DNA of 64,000 nt from Felis catus (taxonomy: Eukaryota). The DNA lies in the NCBI RefSeq assembly GCF_018350175.1, contig NC_058385.1, positions 66,774,001 to 66,838,000 of the forward strand. The letters are read 5' to 3'. Each line of letters begins with the position of its first letter. The first letter of the stretch is position 1. The translations under genes and the position numbers were made by a program. This document shows positions 56,362 to 64,000 of this stretch, one piece after another. The notes under the pieces were generated by a model that was not told the origin of the DNA, did not search any database, and was given only the letters and a program-made list of their open reading frames with translations.

Positions 56362-56593
56362 TTTTTTTTTTTTTTTTTAATTTTTTTTTTCAACGTTTAT
56401 TTATTTTTGGGACAGAGAGAGACAGAGCATGAACGGGGGAGGGGCAGAGAGAGAGGGAGACACAGAATCGGAAACAGGCTCCAGGCTCCGAGCCATCAGC
56501 CCAGAGCCCGACGTGGGGCTCGAACTCACGGACCGCGAGATCGTGACCTGGCTGAAGTCGGACGCTTAACCGACTGCGCCACCCAGGCGCCCC
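56362..56593 (-). mobile_element. Young SINEC_Fc without a TSD
   Basis: Near-identical to the copies at 39298, 40492 and 51674. Confidence 0.93.
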
Positions 56594-57112
56594 TAGAATT
56601 TGTATTTGATAAAATTTCCGTTTAGAAAGACTTTGGGAGAATTTCATATTATGTAATCAAAAGACCATAAGTATTTCAGATTATTTTGTAGGCTTACCGT
56701 GCTCATTAAAATAACAAAAGCACATAGATGCTACTTTTCTAAAGATAGCAGTCAAGTCGCCCATTTCTACAGGGATAATTAGCAGTATTTTATGGACGTC
56801 TGTATTTTATGGACGTCACTTAGAACCCAAACATTATTGTTGATCTTTGGACTGATATTTTCCTCTACGTAAAAAAGCCAAAAAATGTTTGTCTTTTTGG
56901 CGTGTTTGTCTGTCGTTGTTTTCCCCTCCACATTAGTTCATACATTTTCAAGTGCAGAGACAGGCCTGTTGCTTGGCGAGTCTTTGCATTGTCTGTGTAG
57001 AATGGCTACTTGGCTGAGACAAAAACACTGGCATCTGCAGGCAGTGATTACAGCTGCTGACAACAGCTGTATTTCCACACTCTTCTACTTTTCTAGTATT
57101 AAAGACCCTGCA

Positions 57113-57332
57113 GGGCGCCTGGGTGGCTCCATCGGTTAAGCATCTGACTTGGGCTCAGGTCATGATCTCACAGTTGGTGAGTTTGAACCCCGCATGGGGC
57201 TCTGTGCTGACAGCTCAGAGCCTGGAGCCTGCTTGGGATTCTGTGCCTCCCTCTCTCTCTCTCTGTCCCTCCCCTACTCATGCTCTCTGTCTCTCAAAAA
57301 ATAAATAAATGTTAAAAAAAAAAACCTAAAAA
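57113..57332 (+). mobile_element. Can-SINE
   Basis: TSD aaagaccctg. Confidence 0.93.
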
Positions 57333-57764
57333 AAAGACCCTGAAAGTAACACATTGTCCGGCAAGCATAAAAACAAACATCTCAAGGTATAAAAAGCCTT
57401 CTTAACTCAGTGACTGGCTAACCTGTACTTGCGCATTTGCCACGGGCAGGATACCGTGCTAAGCTAAGGACATGTGGACAATGTAGGACATAGGTCTTAT
57501 GTTCTAGTAGGGGAAATAAAACATCCATGGAAGAAAAAAATGCCTCGATTTGATAGAGCATTTTGTGGCAGAAGCACCATGGCACTGGGAGAGCAAAGAC
57601 CTGGGTCTAGGGTGGTCTCTGTTACAACTTAGGAGTGTGCTCATATTAGAGTCACGCTCTCTCCGGTTCTTCGGTTACTGTTATATAAATGTAAGGATTG
57701 AACTCATCTCTACATTTACTTCCAGACCTAAAATACTACGAACGATTTGGATTTTGGAAGACCT

Positions 57765-58290
57765 ATTGGGACTCTTTGGGTTACAAGTGACTCAAAACTT
57801 GGCTCATAACTTAACAAACAAGGAATTTATTGGCTCGCACAACTGGAAAAGTTAGTTAGTTCAGGTGTAGCAGGATCCAGCTACTCAATATATATCCCCA
57901 GGATCTATGGTCTCTCTTCACTTCTCAATTCTGCTTGCTTCCCTCTCAGAGGGATCCCCCTTCTCAAGGGCAAGAGGGCCATCGGTGGGTCCACATTTTC
58001 TTCCTCACAATTCCAAATCCAGTGAAAAGAAAATGAGAACTTTCCTTTCCTCCAAATTCAAATACACACCCTGATCTGAATTCCTGGTGCCAATTAGTAC
58101 TCATACTCTCTCTGAGCTGGCCACCGTAGCTGGGGGGGGGGGGGGGGGGCGTAATGAGGACTGGATTTCACGTCACCTCTAGAGCTGAGAGAGGAGTCAA
58201 CCCCACCCAAACCTTGTGGTCTGAGACTGGAAGAAGGGGTGGGCACCCAGAGAAAACTTGTGTGCTCTTAATGAAAGAAGGGTGAATGGA
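57765..58290 (-). mobile_element. Old MLT1 (J/K/L-like) LTR containing a G18 run
   Basis: ggttacaagtgac...ggaatttattggctc...aactggaaa motifs. Confidence 0.5.
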
Positions 58291-61200
58291 TGGTAGACTG
58301 CTCAAAGCAAGAGATGTCCATTGCAGAGGGCCAACAGAGCAGCATCAGGGAAGTAAGAGGAGACAATGAAAGGGAAACAGGAGAGATCCTGAGGATGGGA
58401 AGAGAGGTGGAAACAGTAGCCCAGAGTATTTTGAACCCAGTGAGAGGCTGAGATGCGACACCGGAGCCTCCAAAAGAGGAACAAAGTGCCCTTCCCTTGG
58501 AGCTGTCACTTCTGGTACAACTTTTTATGCATCCTCTTGGGCAGCCTGCCTGTGGTTGGCCACTGCTAGGGACATGCTCAACAGCTGCCCATGCACCCTT
58601 GCAATGCCCCCTCTCTAATGGCTCCATCCTTCCTGTGGATTTTGTCCTGTGAGCTTTGCTTCAGTGCTGGCTGATAGACAGGGCTCCACTGTCCGTCATT
58701 CCGTGAAGATGAGCCACCACGTTTGGCCTACACTGCAGAATTTCAGAACTCCACTTTCATTCATTAGCACATGTATCATTTGCTACATTGGGAGAATTAT
58801 AACGCTGTGCTAAGCTCCATGGGGCAGAAGAAAGGAAGGTAGAAAACAAGGTGCTTTCCCTCCAAAAACTTAACATTACCTTTCTGTAGGGAATAAGATA
58901 TAAAAAAATAGTAGGAGACCAGGATGTCATTGATGTACGAAATGACTACTACAGACTATATTATAGACTCTTATAGACGAATACAGACTAATACAGGCTA
59001 TTCTGTAACTAGTAGGTTACAGGAGTTGGGGAAGAAGAAATGGCAACCCAAAGGAATGAGGGAGGCTTTCATGGGGTCATGGGCCTCACTCGGGGAATGT
59101 GGAGTGGCCAGGGCTGGAAGGGCCTCGAGGGGAGGGGCATGGAGGGGATGGCATTGGAAGTGGTGAATGAGTAGGGAATGAGCAGGAGGTGGCCAGAGAA
59201 GGCCGTGTTGAGGGGCAAGGGCAAGCTGAGGAGCTTGGGAAGTTCATCTAGATGGGAATGCCTGACCTTGAATTCCCTGCAAAGGGGAAGCTATGGAAGA
59301 AAATCCAAGATTTCAAGTGCGAGTCGCGGGTGTTCAGTGCTGCCATCTTTAGTTATGGAACTGTGTAGGATGGAGCTGCTCTAGGAGGCAATGTGGGCAC
59401 CCAGGTACCAGACAGCCTGCAGAGACAAGAGTTTCGAGGGCAGGAGGAGGAAGAGCGCTGGATTTGGCTGAGAAGTCAGGGATGGAGCCGTTTGATCCAT
59501 CCACGCAGAGGGATGGTAGTGTCTTGAGATGTGTGTGGGCAAAGGAAGCAGAAAGAGAATAGAAAGCTGAGGTCAGGACTGGGGAAGCACATTTGGAGGG
59601 TGGTGAGAAGACGTCAGAAGGTTCATCAGAGGAACAGAGACAGAAGGAGCAGAGACTAAGAGCAGAGCAAAGCTGGAAGACTGTGATGTCTCAAAAGGCA
59701 AGAATGTCTCAAGAGGGAAAGTAGTTAACGATGCTAAACGCACCTGAGAGAAATATGAAGCAAACAAAGTGTCTAAAATACGTTTTAATTGTACAAATTC
59801 ACCTTACAGGTTTTCAGGAATATGCCTGTCACCTGACTGGAAGCCATCTTTCCTCAGTTTTAGTTTTTAATGACTAATTAATAATAAATAGATTCTTATT
59901 GAATTAATTTAAGTTTTAAAGATTAGTAAATTTATTTTAATTTGTGTAAAGAGATTTGATTACAGTCAGAGTCGGTCTAACTGGGTTCAAGTAGAGCAGA
60001 TAATGTCTCACAAGATCATGGAAGGACATACAGTTGTCCCCGGCCACCTCACCCTCAAGGCACTCTGCACCACGTCGCTTCTCTGGAATCAGCTTTTGTC
60101 TTTATGGCCTTTTGTGTTTATAACTGTAAAGCAAGGGGGTTAGACCAGTACCTTGTAAGGTTCCTTCTATCTTATAATCAAAGACTACTTTGATTATAAG
60201 ATTTCAGGTAGGACAATTTATTTAGTCCTTTCTTACTGAAATGTACTAGCATCAGTGAAAAAACTTTTGTTGGTGTTGTTCCAAAGATTCGCTAATCTGT
60301 TAGCATTGCCTGCGTTAATGTGCAAAAGAATATTTTTATTTCTGACTTTTCATTTCGTGATTCTGGGCCAAGCAGTGGCCGATTAGGAGCAGACTCCTAT
60401 TACTTTCATGCCATCTGTTAAAGCCTGTTCCATGTTAGAAATCAAATTTTGCTTTATAAGGTACACGGTGACTAAGATACCTGAGATCAGATGTCTTTGC
60501 TCCCCCCACCCACCCACATTTTGGCTCTGTTTTCCTGGCTGACTTCAAGACCTGAACTTTTTATAAAGAAGGTACATATTGAAAGTTATTTGTTCCGAGG
60601 CCCTTTGCTCTTTCAAGGACCACAACGTGTGTGGGCTCCCCTCAGGAGCTTTATAAACTGTATTTGATGATGTACACACGGCAAAAGGTAGACTACTGCA
60701 GTACCACAAAAATTGTTTTCAGCCTGCATTTCAGATCTCTCGAATATTCCAGGTCTCTCTTTAAATAAAGCCTGTAGAACATTGTGATATTAGTTATGCA
60801 TAGTAATAGCGGATAAATAATTAATAGAACAGGAAGCTAATAAATCACCTGCCGACCAATATGCCATAGAAAACATAGTTGCCAAGGGTGAAGTGATAAA
60901 GGTTACACATCACTTTTTAATGGATAACTAAGTCTTTCTAACCTTTCCTGAGAGTCAAGACTACTTACAGAGATGGAATTCTCAGAGTAACAATGGAATC
61001 AAGTGTTAACGGGGAATTTAGTTAGTAATTAGGTACAACGATGTATTTTATTTTCCACAATTTCATTTTTAAAATTCCCCCTTTTCATTCCACTCACATT
61101 TATCAGCCACCCCACCCCTGACTCCGCCCGGCCCCGAGAAGAGCAAGTTGAAATTTTGTGTTTCATTTCTGGGGTGCATGGTAAGTGGCTAGAAAACACG

Positions 61201-61844
61201 AAACCTTTTAAATTAGCAGTGAGGGAAGATACCTAGCCAGATGCTAGTCACCCAGGGATGTTTAAGAGCTAGCTGAGAAAACCAACACATGCACAAAGTG
61301 ATTATGTGCTAAGTAGATGCACAAGATGAATGGTGGTAAGAATTGAAAAAGACACTCCCCGCACCCGCCCCCCCTGCCCCCCGCCCTGCTAGCAAATATA
61401 AAAATCCCATACGGATTTTTTTCTAATCCTTTTCTATGTAATAATATTCATTTGTTGTTGATTCAGTGTCATCAGGAGAATTCTGGTGGTTGGAGGGAGC
61501 CCTACTGAGGCAAGTGCTTAAAACTAATTACCACAATAAAGACTATTAAAAGGAACATTTTTATTTGGCTGAAAAGATACACAAAAACCTTGTAGAAAAA
61601 TCAACCGCGTTGTATAGACATGTGGACATCACTCAAGGTCAACAATAGTGAAACCCCAGGTGGCTAATTATAGATATTGTATATGTTGCAGATTTTTTTT
61701 TTTAATTTGGTAGAATTTTGTCCACAGCAACCACCCCAGGTAAGATTATACTGTGGTAGCTGAAGAGAATCTAGGTGCCTGCGAGGCCAGAGAGGACTGG
61801 AATGGAGAGGAAGGCCAGAAGTCAGTGTACTTTGGGTTGGAAAG

Positions 61845-62375
61845 TATGCTGCTTAAATTTATGTTTTAACTTGACTGGGCTAAGGGAAGCCCAGATGGCT
61901 AGCAAAACATTATTTCTGGGTGAGTCTGGAAGGGTGTTTCCCAAAGAGATTAGCATTTGACTCAGTACACTTGAGTAAAGATCTGCCCTCATTGAGGTGA
62001 GTACCAGCATCATCCCATCAGTTGAGTGCTCCCCCTCCTCCCCCCCAACCACATAGAAAAGGCAAAGGAAGCGCTGATTTCTGCTCTTTTTTCTTGAGCT
62101 GGGATGTCCATCTTCCACCCTTGGACAGTGGTGCTCCCCGTTCTCAGGCCTTTGGATTTGCCCTGAATTACACCACTGGCTTCCTAAGTCTTCGCTTGCA
62201 GAGGGCAACTTGTGGGACATGTTGGGCTCCATAACTGTGTGAGCCAATTAATATAATTAATATAATATAATATAATATAATATAATATAATATAATATAA
62301 TAGTGTGTATGTGTGTATAGGTCAGTGATATGTATATTTTTTATTGATTCTGTTTTTCTGGAGAACTCTCAATAA
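61845..62375 (+). mobile_element. MLT2B-like ERVL solo LTR with an (AATAT)n tract at about 62259-62302
   Basis: aacttgactgggctaaggg...gagattagcatttga...ctggagaactct end. Confidence 0.75.
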
Positions 62376-62774
62376 AAGTTTTGTTTTGGTTTCTGGAGAA
62401 CTCTTACAGAGAGTTTTGTTAAAGCACACAGTACTGAGTTGACTCATGGTTTTGGTAATTAGAGGTATTATCACCCACCCCTAGGCTTCATTCAACTTGA
62501 CAACACAAGATGTTTTATAAATGTCTGCCAAACCCAACTCTCACCCTACTATATGCTGAGCACTGTGCAAATGCTAAAGATATAAGTGATAAAGACGTTA
62601 CTGGTGTCACTGCACAATTGCTGAAGAGACACGTAAGCATCATTTTACACGATGTGGAAAGTGCTACGTGGAGGCTGTCCTGCTGTGAGGACTGTGTACA
62701 TCTGGACATTATTCTTGTTTTGTTTTGTTTTGTTTTTGAGGGATGACACCTAATTTATTGAATTAGATTTTTCT

Positions 62775-62964
62775 TTGTTTTAATCTTTTTTTTTATTTGA
62801 GAGAGAGAGAGAGAGCACGAGTGGGAGAGAGGGGCAGAAGGAGGCTCCACGCTCAGCACAGAGACAGACATGGGGCTCAATCCTGCAACCTAGGATCACG
62901 ACCTGATCTGAAATCAAAAGTTGTCCGGACGGACGTTCAACCGACTGAGCCACCCAGGTGCCCC
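62775..62964 (-). mobile_element. Can-SINE
   Basis: TSD aattaga(t/a)ttttct. Confidence 0.88.
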
Positions 62965-63522
62965 AAATTAGAATTTTCTATTCACAACTGAGCTAATATC
63001 TACATGCTTGTCTACATGGGTACGTTAATCCTAATGAGTTTAAACTTACTATGAATGGGCTCAATCATACAAAAACACTCACTCACTAATTATCTTAAAA
63101 CAGTAGTACATAGATTACATACTCCTGTAAGGCCAGCTTTGATGAAAAACCTCTAGTTTCAAAGATTAGTCTGGTTTTGAAGATGAACCAAGATACACAT
63201 TGTATGATTCTAAAATCTATTTCAGCCATTTTGTCCAGTTGCTATCTTTTTGGACTACAGTATATGTTTTTTTAAAAGGACACAGACTAGGGGCACCATC
63301 CAGTGTTAACTTCAACCACAGCTTGGGCCCCCTCTCCACAAAAATCTTCAGCCGAGAGTTCTCCGTCGTCGTGAAGACTGAAAGGGCCCAGTGATACTCT
63401 GGTAGCATGGTGGTAACAGAAGCAGACCCAGGCCCTCCTTTGATTCTCCCACACCGTGCAACCTGCACATGGTTCTGAAATTGGAACATATACCGCCATA
63501 CTTAAAAACTTTGGGACATGGA

Positions 63523-63968
63523 CCATCAACTGATGAATGCATAAAGAAATTGTGGTTTATATACACAATGGAGTACTACGTGGCAATGAGAAAGAATGAA
63601 ATATGGCCTTTTGTAGCAACGTGGATGGAACTGGAGAGTGTGATGCTAAGCGAAATAAGCCATACAGAGAAAGACAGATACCATATGTTTTCACTCTTAT
63701 GTGGATCCTGAGAAACTTAACAGAAACCCATGGGGGAGGGGAAGGAAAAAAAAGAGGTTAGAGTGGGAGAGAGCCAAACCATAAGAGACTCTTAAAAACT
63801 GAGAAAAAACTGAGGGTTGATGGGGGGTGGGAGGGAGGGGAGGGGAGGTGATGGGCATTGAAGAGGGCATCTTTTGGGATGAGCACTGGGTGTTGTATGG
63901 AAACTAATTTGACAATAAATTTCATATAATAAAAAAAATTCAGGTTAAAAAAACAAAACAAACAAACA
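63523..63968 (+). mobile_element. 5'-truncated felid L1 (ORF2 C-terminus + 3' UTR + A-rich tail)
   Basis: Encodes PSTDECIKKLWFIYTMEYYVAMRKNEIWPFVATWMELESVMLSEIS...CGS* (stop at 63711); 19-bp TSD aaaaactt(t/a)gggacatgga. Confidence 0.93.
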
Positions 63969-64000
63969 AAAAACTTAGGGACATGGAGAGTCAGCTATAA

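Noticed and set aside
2910-57308. Recurrent ORFs beginning MAQSVK / AWVAQSVK or ending [10 protein letters not shown]
   Set aside because: Translations of Can-SINE copies, not a gene family.
63320-63392. Possible nested stem-loop (tgggccc/gggccca, tcttca/tgaaga)
   Set aside because: Stems are short and plausible by chance; no RNA family signature.
63469-63711. 80-aa ORF with protein-like composition
   Set aside because: C-terminus of L1 ORF2 in a truncated insertion; the upstream part is flanking DNA.
51920-64000. Possible neighbouring gene upstream of ANXA13
   Set aside because: No CpG island, coding exon or recognisable protein found; the region is repeat-dominated.

Overview
Mammalian genomic DNA from a felid, judged by abundant SINEC_Fc-type Can-SINEs and a felid-type L1 3' end. 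The window holds one complete protein-coding gene, annexin A13 (ANXA13), on the minus strand. Eleven coding exons can be joined by hand through canonical GT-AG sites (51405-51419, 27614-27689, 19673-19767, 15742-15912, 13390-13423, 13205-13284, 12533-12601, 11781-11882, 7058-7133, 3612-3724, 620-739). They total 951 nt = 316 aa + stop (isoform 13a). An intact 123-nt phase-0 cassette exon (49897-50019) gives the 357-aa isoform 13b. A TATA box and an HNF1-like site lie just upstream of exon 1, and a poly(A) signal lies at 303-308. The rest is intron or upstream DNA rich in about 25 Can-SINEs (many with readable TSDs), L1/L2/MIR fragments, MaLR/ERVL solo LTRs, MER/Tigger DNA-transposon relics, microsatellites and five N gaps. 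Nearly all ORFs in the supplied track are spurious. I found no convincing novel gene system. The most interesting candidates are regulatory or RNA-structural: an inverted SINE pair tightly flanking exons 8-10 (a stop-free 291-nt in-frame circle if back-spliced), a young SINE in the proximal promoter, a duplicated CDX-type motif beside an HNF4-type DR1 about 5.4 kb upstream, and a spacer-less tail-to-tail SINE pair. Repeat family names come from recalled consensus sequences, not from a search.
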